Assembly (NCBI GenBank): GCA_045537235.1
Contig: JAZSPB010000156.1
Span: 7,982 to 71,981, forward strand
Direction of reading: 5' to 3'
Length of the DNA: 64,000 nucleotides
Origin: Eubacteriales bacterium
GTDB lineage: Bacteria; Bacillota; Clostridia; Oscillospirales; CAG-272
The position numbers and the translations under genes were made by a program. Below are positions 8,900 to 17,218 of the stretch, piece by piece; position 1 is the stretch's first letter; each line of letters opens with the position of its first letter. The notes under the pieces were generated by a model. It was not told the DNA's origin. It made no database searches and was given only the letters and a program-made list of their open reading frames with translations.

Positions 8900-9934
8900 A
8901 TGGCACTTCAAAGATCGGTTTTGAATACGGAGCGAATTCAAAAACTCATAAAAGATTATTACAATATCAATATTCTTTCAGTGAAAAAATTGAAGCTGGG
9001 TACAGCAAATTGCTATCGGATCTCAGATGAAACGCAAACATATTTTTTGAAAGAATTTCAAAAAGGCTTTAGTAAAGATGATTTGGCGCGCGAGGCAAAT
9101 TTGACAGATTTTCTTATCAAAAATCAATTTCCTACCGCTCGATTCTATCGAACCATTGACAATTCCGTCGGTTTTATATATGATGATAGTTTGATCTGCT
9201 TGCAGGAATTTGTAGAGGGAACTACGTTCGGATACAACGATTTTCCGAAAGAAATGCTTCCTGAACTAGCTGAAAAATTGGGAAAAATGCATCAGATTCT
9301 GCGCGACTATCCGCTTCCTACGGATATGGGGGAGAAGTGGCTAAAACGCGTTTCTTCCGAGGCGATTATCGCGGGATACGAGGCATTGATCCCTGTTGCC
9401 GAACAAAGGACGAACGATTCCCATCGCGAGCGAATTTTGTCTGATTTGAAATACAAGAAGAAATTGGTGGCTCGCAGCGAAGAATTCAAGAAGCACTATA
9501 AAGGAATTACCTATTTGCCAACTCACGGTGATTATCAAGGCTGTCAGCTTGTTTGTGAAAATGGTCATATAAAAGCGGTTATTGACTTTTCTTCTGCCTG
9601 TAGACTTCCTGTGGCATGGGAGATCATGCGTTCTTATGTGCAGTCGTCGTCAATTTGCAGAACTCAGGCGCACATTGACATAGCAGACTTTTGCGAATAT
9701 GTAGCAACATATATGCGATTTTCTCCGCTGACATCTATTGATCTGGCATCCATGCCATATGTATATTTGTTTCAGTTGTGCATTAGCAAATATGGTTATC
9801 CACAATATCTCAAGACAGATTCAGAGGACCGGGAAGGGCTTCTGCAATTTGCTTTCTGGCGCACTGATATTTGTCGGGAAATTGAGGAAAAAGCGGAAGA
9901 AATATCGCGTGCTCTTGTTAATTTGGGGCGGTAA
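8900..9934 (+). CDS. APH/CotS-type phosphotransferase (small-molecule kinase, substrate unknown)
   Basis: The catalytic-loop-like motif is THGDYQGCQL and the metal-binding motif is IDFSSA. The size (~344 aa) and N-lobe pattern fit the aminoglycoside/choline/homoserine-kinase-II superfamily. The ATG at 8900 sits 5 nt after GAGGGG. Confidence 0.6.
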   Translation: MALQRSVLNTERIQKLIKDYYNINILSVKKLKLGTANCYRISDETQTYFLKEFQKGFSKDDLAREANLTDFLIKNQFPTARFYRTIDNSVGFIYDDSLICLQEFVEGTTFGYNDFPKEMLPELAEKLGKMHQILRDYPLPTDMGEKWLKRVSSEAIIAGYEALIPVAEQRTNDSHRERILSDLKYKKKLVARSEEFKKHYKGITYLPTHGDYQGCQLVCENGHIKAVIDFSSACRLPVAWEIMRSYVQSSSICRTQAHIDIADFCEYVATYMRFSPLTSIDLASMPYVYLFQLCISKYGYPQYLKTDSEDREGLLQFAFWRTDICREIEEKAEEISRALVNLGR

Positions 9935-10030
9935 TATCAATTCTAACCACATCTATTTTATCAAAGTATGCCAAAATCTAAAACATAGAAAGAATGATGC
10001 AATACGATGCAATACAAAGCAAAAAACAGC

Positions 10031-10624
10031 ATGAATTTAATCTTATCATCCTGCGATTTTTCCAACGAGAAATCGCAGAAAATCATAATCGATAATTTGC
10101 CTAAACCCATCCATGAATGCCGTCTTTTGTTTGTTCCCAACGAAAAGGCAACGCGAGAGGCGATACATAGTGAAAAATATTATAATTGGATGCAAAAGCG
10201 GGGATTTTCGAAAGAAAATATTACAATTTTTGATCATCGAGAGCCCGAACAATATTTTGGCTTGGATATTGATGTGTTGTACATCAGCGGCGGCAATACC
10301 TTCGAAACCCTCCAAAAAATACGAAAATGCCATTTTGATACCGAGATGATTCGGTATATACAAGCGGGGGTTACTTATATCGGAGGAAGCGCAGGCGCCC
10401 ACATTGTCTCGGCGGACATTTCCCATGTTTCAAGATACGATACCGTTCCCGGCGGATTTGCTGATTTTCATGGTCTTGGTTTGTTTGACGGTGTTTTGAT
10501 CTGTCACTTCACCTCGGAACGACAAGAACATTATGATGCGCTGAAAGCAGATGGAAAATACAAAGTGATTGCATTGACCGACGAGGATTCTATTGTTGTA
10601 AGAAAGGAGTACCCCTATGGATAA
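10031..10624 (+). CDS. Peptidase E-like S51 family (class-I glutamine amidotransferase fold)
   Basis: YISGGNTFETL and IGGSAGA (nucleophile Ser) are typical of S51 dipeptidase E. The start is uncertain (ATG at 10007 or 10031). MNLILSSC matches the usual N-terminus. Confidence 0.65.
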   Translation: MNLILSSCDFSNEKSQKIIIDNLPKPIHECRLLFVPNEKATREAIHSEKYYNWMQKRGFSKENITIFDHREPEQYFGLDIDVLYISGGNTFETLQKIRKCHFDTEMIRYIQAGVTYIGGSAGAHIVSADISHVSRYDTVPGGFADFHGLGLFDGVLICHFTSERQEHYDALKADGKYKVIALTDEDSIVVRKEYPYG

Positions 10625-11114
10625 AGAAAAAATTTTAAAAGCCATCGCTCCTTGCGCCCTCTGCTGTTATACCTGTCCCTCGATGAAAGACGGTGTGATC
10701 GCGCAAACTGCGCAGAAGCTACACCACTATTTTGACGGCTTTTGCGAGTTTAATCAAATGATGTTGCCCGAACGGTGGCGGCAACGTGAGGCGGATTTTC
10801 AAGCTTTTGATGATAAGCTGGTTAAATATTCAAAGCGCCATTGTAACGGATGCCGAGACAATACTCACGGTCAGTGCTGTATTGAGGGGTGTTTTATTCT
10901 TGAATGTACATCAAGCCACGGTGTGGAGTTTTGTGCCGAATGTGCAGAGTTTCCTTGCAACAAGCTGAAGTCCGACATATTCCACCCCGTCGTCATTGCC
11001 GAGTGGAAAGAAGGAAATGAAAGAATAAGAGAGGTCGGCATTGAGCAGTTTTATGAGGAGATTACCTCCAGATCTCATTATTTGCCGTTTAAGGATAAGG
11101 GAAATCAGACATAG
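10617..11114 (+). CDS. Cys-rich DUF3795-like protein (probable metal or Fe-S binding)
   Basis: 165 aa with clustered cysteines: APCALCCYTCPS, HCNGCRDNTHGQCCIEGC, FCAECAEFPC. AAGGAG RBS. It overlaps the upstream gene by 8 nt. Confidence 0.55.
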   Translation: MDKEKILKAIAPCALCCYTCPSMKDGVIAQTAQKLHHYFDGFCEFNQMMLPERWRQREADFQAFDDKLVKYSKRHCNGCRDNTHGQCCIEGCFILECTSSHGVEFCAECAEFPCNKLKSDIFHPVVIAEWKEGNERIREVGIEQFYEEITSRSHYLPFKDKGNQT

Positions 11115-11164
11115 AAATATTTGCGTTGAGCAGACAGATTTATAAATAAAAAAGGAGAATGAAC

Positions 11165-11725
11165 ATGAGAAAAAATTTTGGAGCCAAACCTTTTCTTTAC
11201 CCCCAGCCGGTATTTATCATCGCCGCTTATGACGAGCAGGGAATCCCCAATGCTATGAATGCTGCGTGGGGCGGTATCAGCGAGGAAGCGGAGATCAGTG
11301 TTTGCATAAGTCCCGATCACAAAACAACAAAGAACATTCTTGCCCGAGGTGCGTTCACGGTCAGCATGGCTGATGCAGCCCATGTGGTCGAATGTGACTA
11401 TCTGGGAATTGTTTCGGGCAATAAAGTATCAGACAAACTGACTCACATCGGATTCCATACTACCCCAAGCGAGTTCGTCGACGCTCCTCTTATCGATGAG
11501 CTTTCTATGGCTGTAGAATGTAAATTGATCAGCTATGACGAGCATACTTGCCGCCTTGTGGGCGAGATCGTCAATGTCAGCGCCGATGAAGGGATCCTCA
11601 ACGAGAAGGGAAAAGTTGATCCCGCCAAGCTGCGCCCCATCACTTTCGATCCTATGAATAACGAGTATCTCGTTCTTGGTGAAAAGGTAGGCCATGCATT
11701 TTCCGACGGCTTAAAATTGAGATGA
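11165..11725 (+). CDS. Flavin reductase-like (flavoredoxin) domain protein
   Basis: The N-terminus PFLYPQPVFIIAAYDEQGIPNAMNAAWGG is typical of flavin reductase/flavoredoxin FMN-binding split-barrel proteins. The ATG at 11165 sits 7 nt after GGAG. Confidence 0.75.
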   Translation: MRKNFGAKPFLYPQPVFIIAAYDEQGIPNAMNAAWGGISEEAEISVCISPDHKTTKNILARGAFTVSMADAAHVVECDYLGIVSGNKVSDKLTHIGFHTTPSEFVDAPLIDELSMAVECKLISYDEHTCRLVGEIVNVSADEGILNEKGKVDPAKLRPITFDPMNNEYLVLGEKVGHAFSDGLKLR

Positions 11726-12147
11726 ATATGAAATATTTTTCGGTATTGTTGCTAATAATTATAACAATATTATCTTCTTGCGGTCAGCAAGGAGAGAAGG
11801 AAAATAAAGAGGAGAGCAGAGTGGAGAGTAGCGAAAAAAACGAGTATATAAGCATTTCAGCCCAACAAGCAAAGCACCTTATGGATACCGAAACCGACTA
11901 TATAATATTGGATGTAAGAACCGATGAAGAATATAACGAAAGTCATATCCCGGGCGCTATCTTGATCCCCGACTACGAGATTGCTGAAAGGGCGGAGCAG
12001 ATTCTGAAGAAAAAGGACTGGTTAATTTTAGTCTATTGCCGAAGCGGACGTCGAAGCAAAAATGCGTCGCAAGTTCTTGCCGACCTTGGTTACAGCAATG
12101 TCAAGGAATTTGGTGGAATCATTGATTGGCCATACGGAGTCGAATGA
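11722..12147 (+). CDS. Rhodanese-domain lipoprotein (sulfurtransferase)
   Basis: Signal peptide plus lipobox (LSSCG). The rhodanese active-site loop is YCRSGRRS, with an upstream ILDVRTDEEY..GHIPGA. ATGA overlap with the flavin reductase gene. Confidence 0.8.
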   Translation: MNMKYFSVLLLIIITILSSCGQQGEKENKEESRVESSEKNEYISISAQQAKHLMDTETDYIILDVRTDEEYNESHIPGAILIPDYEIAERAEQILKKKDWLILVYCRSGRRSKNASQVLADLGYSNVKEFGGIIDWPYGVE

Positions 12148-12233
12148 GAAAAAATCATAAAACCGCTTTCTTTGATTTTCGTCTGTTTTGGATGAGTGTG
12201 AGGTGTTGAAAGCGCTTTGATTGAGAAAAAAGA

Positions 12234-12267
12234 AAAAGCTGAATCCGAAAAAGAGGGTTCAGCTTTT
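12234..12267. terminator. Bidirectional intrinsic terminator between convergent genes
   Basis: 13-bp stem (aaaagctgaatcc / gggttcagctttt) with an 8-nt loop. An A-run precedes it and a T-run follows. Confidence 0.7.
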
Positions 12268-12281
12268 GATTTTATAATGAA

Positions 12282-12761
12282 TCAGTTTTGAAAGATCACA
12301 AAAATCAAAAAAAGAGTTAATGCAATGCCCAGTGATGCCAGTAACAACTTGGCCCATTCGGGAAAAGACGTATCATCCCTGTAAGATTCAGGGACTCTAA
12401 TAATAGTTGGTCGCATAGAGGGAGAATCCATTTGTCTTTTGGTCTTTTGCAATTGATTCAGCTGAGCTATGGGATCGGTTCGATTTATAATACGGGAATA
12501 AAAATTTTCGATCCAATCAATATCTTCTTGAGAGCAAAGTTCCTCATCAAACGCCCCAATGTCATGCGCCAGACGGTTTCTTTTGTGGCGATATTTTTTC
12601 AATCGCGCCAAGTCCGATTCCCAATTTGGGATAAAGTAAGATCCGTCTCTTGTCTTATTTTTCATATCTCTAATATATTCGCTGACTCCATGCTGGGCAC
12701 CGTAGCATTGGCCACATAATTTGTCAAGACGATTAAAAGCATCGAAGAATATACGATTCAT
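12282..12761 (-). CDS. Hypothetical tail-anchored membrane protein
   Basis: 159 aa with a GGGAGG RBS. It has a soluble N-domain with conserved-looking C..C..H and RNRLAHD, and a single C-terminal TM (LLLASLGIALTLFLIFVIF). I do not recognise the family. Confidence 0.5.
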   Translation of the reverse strand: MNRIFFDAFNRLDKLCGQCYGAQHGVSEYIRDMKNKTRDGSYFIPNWESDLARLKKYRHKRNRLAHDIGAFDEELCSQEDIDWIENFYSRIINRTDPIAQLNQLQKTKRQMDSPSMRPTIIRVPESYRDDTSFPEWAKLLLASLGIALTLFLIFVIFQN

Positions 12762-12781
12762 ATATACCTCCCTATAAAAAC

Positions 12782-12816
12782 AAAAGCCGCAAGGTAATCC
12801 TTACGGCTTCATTTTT
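12782..12816 (-). terminator. Hairpin plus T-run immediately downstream of tRNA-Ser
   Basis: aagccg-c-aagg / cctt-a-cggctt stem. On the minus strand it is followed by ttttgttttta. It sits between the tRNA 3' end and the RBS of the 12761 ORF. Confidence 0.6.
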
Positions 12817-12836
12817 TGCGGTTGAACCCGCAGAGC

Positions 12837-12925
12837 TGGCGGAAGCGGTGGGATTCGAACCCACGGTACCGTGAGGTACAACTGATTTCGAGTCAGTCCC
12901 GTTATGACCACTTCGATACGCTTCC
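12837..12925 (-). tRNA. tRNA-Ser (anticodon CGA), CCA encoded
   Basis: The reverse complement folds as a cloverleaf. Acceptor GGAAGCG/CGCTTCC. Anticodon stem ACTGA/TCAGT with loop CTCGAAA. Long variable arm GTACC-TCAC-GGTAC. T-arm GTGGG-TTCGAAT-CCCAC. Discriminator G plus CCA. Confidence 0.9.
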
Positions 12926-12975
12926 GTATTGAATTTTTCGTCCGAGATATAGTTCCATCTCGTGACGACTCGATT

Positions 12976-13004
12976 ATTATATCATACTTTTTTCAAAAAT
13001 GCAA
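12976..13004 (-). promoter_or_regulatory. Candidate sigma-A promoter for tRNA-Ser
   Basis: On the minus strand: TTGCAT, a 17-nt spacer, then TATAAT, about 45 nt upstream of the mature tRNA 5' end. Confidence 0.5.
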
Positions 13005-13048
13005 TAGGGAAACGCAAATTTTTTTGAAATTTAAAGGGGGAAAAGCTA

Positions 13049-13077
13049 TTGTTTTATTCGCAACTCCGTGATATAAT
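13049..13077 (+). promoter_or_regulatory. Candidate sigma-A promoter for the SGNH hydrolase gene
   Basis: TTGTTT, a 17-nt spacer, then TATAAT with an upstream TG. Confidence 0.45.
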
Positions 13078-13113
13078 GGTTTATATTAAAAAGTACACGA
13101 CGGAGGTTCAACT

Positions 13114-14175
13114 ATGGGAATTGAAAAATTGGATCGTAACTTTGAAATTCAGTCCAACGTAGATAAAGCAGATGTGGTTTGGCACAATGTAACGGAGGAT
13201 GGCTTTGACATCTATGGTTTGTATGATCCCCAAAACGGGGAGTCTTTTCGTCGGATGCCCGCCGATATTGCAGAAACGATCAGTTCTTCGGTATCCGTTT
13301 TGTGTCGAAAAACCGCAGGCGGTCGTATTCGTTTTCGTACCGATTCGCCTTATATCGCCATTCGCGTTTATTATAAAGAGCTCAACAATATGTCGCATAT
13401 GCCTCGCTCCGGTTCCTCAGGCTTTGATCTTTACCGTTATGAGAATGGAAAATATCACTTTATCAAAAATGCCATGCCGACGGCCGACGATAAAAACGGA
13501 TATGAGCGAATGATCTTCCAAAACAATATTGGAATGAATGATTTTCTAATGCATATGCCGCTTTATAATGAGGTTTCGGAGGTTTATATCGGTCTGCGCG
13601 AGGGGGCTGCTATCGAGCCCGCAGCTCGCTACCGAGACATTGCTCCCGTGGTTTATTACGGCTCCTCCATTACCCAAGGCGGATGTGCATCGCGCCCCGC
13701 CAATGCCTACGAGAATATGATCTCTTTAGCGCTTGACATTGACCACATCAACCTTGGTTTTTCGGGCAATGCCAAAGGAGAGAGCGCCATGGCTGACTAT
13801 ATCGGCGGTCTTGAAATGAGTGTTTTTGTGTTGGATTACGACCACAATGCGCCCAATGTTGCCCATTTGGAAAAAACGCACTATGCGTTCTACAAGCGGT
13901 TTCGTGAGTATCAACCGAACACACCGATCATCATGGTCAGCCGTCCCAATATTGATCCCGAAGTATTGCCTCACCCAAGAACAGAGATCATCAAGCGCAC
14001 CTACGAGCAGGCGCTCGCGGAAGGGGATGATCAGGTCACTTTTATCGACGGTGTAACGCTGTTTGGCGACGATATGCGTGATAGCTGTTCTGTTGACGGA
14101 TGCCATCCCAATGATCTTGGATTTTACCGTATGGCCAAGGTAATCGGAGCGGCAGTTGAAAAATATTTGAAATAA
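13114..14175 (+). CDS. SGNH/GDSL-family hydrolase with an N-terminal beta-sandwich-like domain
   Basis: 353 aa. Block I YYGSSITQG (nucleophile Ser), block III GxN (GFSGNAKG) and block V DGCHPND (Asp-x-x-His). Confidence 0.7.
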   Translation: MGIEKLDRNFEIQSNVDKADVVWHNVTEDGFDIYGLYDPQNGESFRRMPADIAETISSSVSVLCRKTAGGRIRFRTDSPYIAIRVYYKELNNMSHMPRSGSSGFDLYRYENGKYHFIKNAMPTADDKNGYERMIFQNNIGMNDFLMHMPLYNEVSEVYIGLREGAAIEPAARYRDIAPVVYYGSSITQGGCASRPANAYENMISLALDIDHINLGFSGNAKGESAMADYIGGLEMSVFVLDYDHNAPNVAHLEKTHYAFYKRFREYQPNTPIIMVSRPNIDPEVLPHPRTEIIKRTYEQALAEGDDQVTFIDGVTLFGDDMRDSCSVDGCHPNDLGFYRMAKVIGAAVEKYLK

Positions 14176-14220
14176 GGAATAGTTTCTGATTTTTTGCATA
14201 TTGGGAAAAGGAGGATCGAG

Positions 14221-14442
14221 ATGCATCCTGTTTTATTGATAATTTCCATCGTTATAATCAGTATAATCTCTCATTGCTTGATCGTTATTCAAACCTACGA
14301 ATGTCCCGAATGCAAAAATCGATTTCGACCGAGATGGTATGATATCTCTGTGTGGATCCGCTTTGGCAGAAAACGGCTTGTAAAATGTCCGCACTGTCAT
14401 AGAAAAAGCTTTTGCAGACCACTTAGCGGTCATGAGAGATAA
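14221..14442 (+). CDS. Small membrane-anchored zinc-ribbon protein
   Basis: 73 aa from the ATG at 14221 (GGAGGA RBS). It has one N-terminal TM helix, then CPEC...17 aa...CPHC and a basic tail. Confidence 0.45.
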   Translation: MHPVLLIISIVIISIISHCLIVIQTYECPECKNRFRPRWYDISVWIRFGRKRLVKCPHCHRKSFCRPLSGHER

Positions 14443-14452
14443 ACATAAAAAG

Positions 14453-14486
14453 CTTCCTCCAATACTGTTAACGGAGGAAGTTTTTT
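14453..14486. terminator. Bidirectional intrinsic terminator
   Basis: cttcctcc / ggaggaag 8-bp stem with a 12-nt loop. TTTTTT follows on the + strand and an A-run precedes (a T-run on the minus strand, serving the LysR gene). Confidence 0.7.
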
Positions 14487-14492
14487 ATATTG

Positions 14493-15365
14493 TCAAATGC
14501 GTTCCTGTCCCTTTTTAAACAAGAACTCGCAAAACTCGCGAATCTCCTTTTCGTGAGCATTCCAACGACGGTGATACACATATACCGCCTGTGTTTCGTG
14601 AAAGTCCGTCACATTCAGTGCGACCATATCCTTTTCCGCATCGCCCGCTAAGGCGCGCCGTGACCCGAGTGTAAGCCCCATATTAGCCTTCACATATTTG
14701 GCGAGGCAATAGGTATCATTGCATTCAATGGTGATTTTTGGCGAAAAGCCATGCCGCTTGCCTGTGGAATCCAAGAGCTTGCGAACACCGTTATTGAGAG
14801 GTGGCATAACAAACGGTTGCTCGCGCAACTGTCGAAAGGTCAACGACCGTCCGACCAGCGGGCTGTTTTTGGAGGCTTTTATGCAAAATTGCTCCACAAC
14901 AAGTAAGAAACGCTCTCGGTCTCCATAAATGTCTGACTGCTCGTCAATAATGATGTCAAAATCTTCAAAATCCCGTGTGCTGAAATCGTTGGAAATGCGG
15001 AAACATACGTCGGGATGCGTTTCTCGATATTCGATGATCAGCTCAGTGATCCATTTCCGACGTGTTCGTATCAGCATGCCGATCTCGCATGGTTGAGTTT
15101 GCGATCCTGTGATGTCCGATACGGTTTGTTTCAACTTTTCAAAGATTTCTCCCAGTGTTTCTGCCAAACGATATCCGTTTTCATTGAGCTTGATTCGGTT
15201 AGCGGAGCGGTCGAAGAGTTTGGTTCCAAGTTCTGTTTCCAACCGTTTGATCGAAGCCGATACCGAAGAAGAGGGAACCATAAATTTTTCGGCGGTCTTG
15301 GTCAAATTCTCGTTTTGTGCGGTTTCATAAAAATAGCGCAATTGCAGAAATTCCATTTTCATCAC
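14493..15365 (-). CDS. LysR-family transcriptional regulator
   Basis: The N-terminal wHTH FLQLRYFYETAQNENLTKTAEKFMVPSSSVSASIKRLE is the canonical LTTR signature. About 290 aa with a C-terminal substrate-binding domain. Confidence 0.85.
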   Translation of the reverse strand: MMKMEFLQLRYFYETAQNENLTKTAEKFMVPSSSVSASIKRLETELGTKLFDRSANRIKLNENGYRLAETLGEIFEKLKQTVSDITGSQTQPCEIGMLIRTRRKWITELIIEYRETHPDVCFRISNDFSTRDFEDFDIIIDEQSDIYGDRERFLLVVEQFCIKASKNSPLVGRSLTFRQLREQPFVMPPLNNGVRKLLDSTGKRHGFSPKITIECNDTYCLAKYVKANMGLTLGSRRALAGDAEKDMVALNVTDFHETQAVYVYHRRWNAHEKEIREFCEFLFKKGQERI

Positions 15366-15421
15366 TCCCTCATCATTTTAGCATACTTTTAAAAATATAG
15401 CAAGGCAATTTTATAAAATTC

Positions 15422-15450
15422 TTTACAATGTGCCAAGAATATTGTATAAT
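15422..15450 (+). promoter_or_regulatory. Candidate sigma-A promoter for the CN-hydrolase::GDPD gene, abutting an AT palindrome
   Basis: TTTACA, a 17-nt spacer, then TATAAT (with TG). The perfect 14-bp palindrome aattttataaaatt (15407-15420) lies immediately upstream, in the position expected for an LTTR site. Confidence 0.45.
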
Positions 15451-15483
15451 GGTGTCAAATCAATCAATGAAGGAGCATCGTAA

Positions 15484-17091
15484 ATGAAGGTTTGTATCAT
15501 TCAACCGCCATATTCGGCGGATTATTCCCAATCGGATGCGTGCTATACGCGAGAACTGGAGTTGCTGGAGGAATGTGATCCTTCGATGGATCTGATTGTA
15601 TTGCCGGAGTCATGCGACATTCCCTGTTTAGCCAAAACGGTGGAGCAACGGCTTGGTAGCGTAGAAAAGTATAACAAAAGTATCCTTGATGCCGCTTCCC
15701 GGACGGCCAAACGCTGTCATGCTATGGTATTTATCAACGCAAGATCAAGATTTGAACGGGGATATATCAATACCACCTATGCCTTTGACCGAAACGGTGA
15801 GGTCGTGGGAATGTACTATAAGCAGCAACCCACCCCCGGAGAGGTGGCGGATCCCACGCAAGATACCGAATATGCCTTCGAGTTTTCCGAACCGACGGTT
15901 ATAGAGATCGAGGGAATTCGATTTGGATTTTTGACCTGCTATGACTTTTATTTCTATGAGAGCTTTGCCAATATGGCGCGGCAAAAATTGGATGTGATCA
16001 TCGGGTGCTCCCACCAAAGAAGCGATACCCATGAGGCGCTGAAGATCATTTCGCAATTTCTCGCGTACAACACCAATGCCTATGTGGTTCGCTCGTCGGT
16101 ATCCATGGACGAAAATTCCAATATCGGCGGCGCGAGCATGATCGTCGCTCCCACAGGAGAGGTGTTGACCAATCTGTACAGTCGCGTGGGAATGGCGACC
16201 GTTGATATTGACGTAACCAAAAAATATTATAAGCCTGCCGGTTTTGGAAACCCGCTGTCTGCGCATTACGAATACATCGAAAAAGGGCGGAAGCCATGGA
16301 AGTACCGCCCTGCGGGAAGCGCTATTGTCAGACCCGACGATTTTATGCCATATCCCAGAGTTTGTGCTCACCGCGGATTTTGCACCATTTCGCCCGAAAA
16401 CAGTATGCCTGCGTTTGGTGCGGCGGTGGCTATGGGCGCAGAGGAGATCGAATTCGATCTGTGGTACACCAAGGACGGAGAGGTCGTATCGATCCACGAT
16501 CCTACCCTGGAGCGTGTATCGACCGGTATCGGAAAGGTCTATGAGCACACATATGAAGAGTTGCTGAACTACGATTTTGGAGTCAAATACGGCGAGAAAT
16601 TCAAGGGATTGAAGATCTTAAAATTTGAAGAGATTCTGAAGAAATTTGCCTGCCATGTGATTATGAACATTCATGTCAAGACGGTCAACAATACCTGTGA
16701 GTATGACAGAGCGATTTTAGAAAAGATCGTGGCACTTATTGACAAATATGACTGTAAGCAATATGTATATTTCATGTCCGGCAACGATAATTTCCTCCGA
16801 CTTGCCAAAGAGGTAGCCCCCGACATTTCTCGTTGTTGCGGAGGAGGGGATGACCGCTGGGGAATGGTAGAAAGAGCCATAAAGTATGAATGCAAGAAAA
16901 TTCAGCTTATGAAAGGCTATTTCAATCAAGAGATGATAGAAAAAGCGCACCAAAACGGGATTTACTGTAATGTTTTTTGGTCAGATGATGAACAAGAGAC
17001 ACGCCAATTTCTTGACATGGGAATCGATACGATATTGACTAATGATTACCATCTTATTTCCCGGGTCGTAAAAGAACGGAAAAAGAAGTGA
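15484..17091 (+). CDS. Fusion protein: carbon-nitrogen hydrolase (nitrilase superfamily) domain plus glycerophosphodiester phosphodiesterase (GDPD) domain
   Basis: 535 aa. N-half: IIQPPY...LIVLPE (catalytic Glu region) and FGFLTCYDFYF (nucleophile Cys, CYD motif). C-half: VCAHRGF..PENSMPAF, AEEIEFDLWYTKDGEVVSIHD, typical of GDPD. Confidence 0.7.
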   Translation: MKVCIIQPPYSADYSQSDACYTRELELLEECDPSMDLIVLPESCDIPCLAKTVEQRLGSVEKYNKSILDAASRTAKRCHAMVFINARSRFERGYINTTYAFDRNGEVVGMYYKQQPTPGEVADPTQDTEYAFEFSEPTVIEIEGIRFGFLTCYDFYFYESFANMARQKLDVIIGCSHQRSDTHEALKIISQFLAYNTNAYVVRSSVSMDENSNIGGASMIVAPTGEVLTNLYSRVGMATVDIDVTKKYYKPAGFGNPLSAHYEYIEKGRKPWKYRPAGSAIVRPDDFMPYPRVCAHRGFCTISPENSMPAFGAAVAMGAEEIEFDLWYTKDGEVVSIHDPTLERVSTGIGKVYEHTYEELLNYDFGVKYGEKFKGLKILKFEEILKKFACHVIMNIHVKTVNNTCEYDRAILEKIVALIDKYDCKQYVYFMSGNDNFLRLAKEVAPDISRCCGGGDDRWGMVERAIKYECKKIQLMKGYFNQEMIEKAHQNGIYCNVFWSDDEQETRQFLDMGIDTILTNDYHLISRVVKERKKK

Positions 17092-17096
17092 ATTAA

Positions 17097-17136
17097 ATGC
17101 CGTATGCTTCGAAAGGGAGGCATACGGCATTTTTGT
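17097..17136 (+). terminator. Intrinsic terminator
   Basis: atgccgtatgc / gcatacggcat 11-bp perfect stem followed by TTTTGTT. Confidence 0.75.
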
Positions 17137-17218
17137 TATTAAAGGGGTGCAGAAAGGAGATTCCGTAAAGGGGAGGTAAGGCAACAAAGGAAGAACCAAC
17201 CGCTCAAACGATCTACAG

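Noticed and set aside
8900-9934. Calling the APH-family kinase an aminoglycoside or macrolide resistance gene
   Set aside because: Only the generic kinase-fold motifs are recognisable. There is no mobile-element context and no specific similarity to a known resistance enzyme that I can verify by eye.
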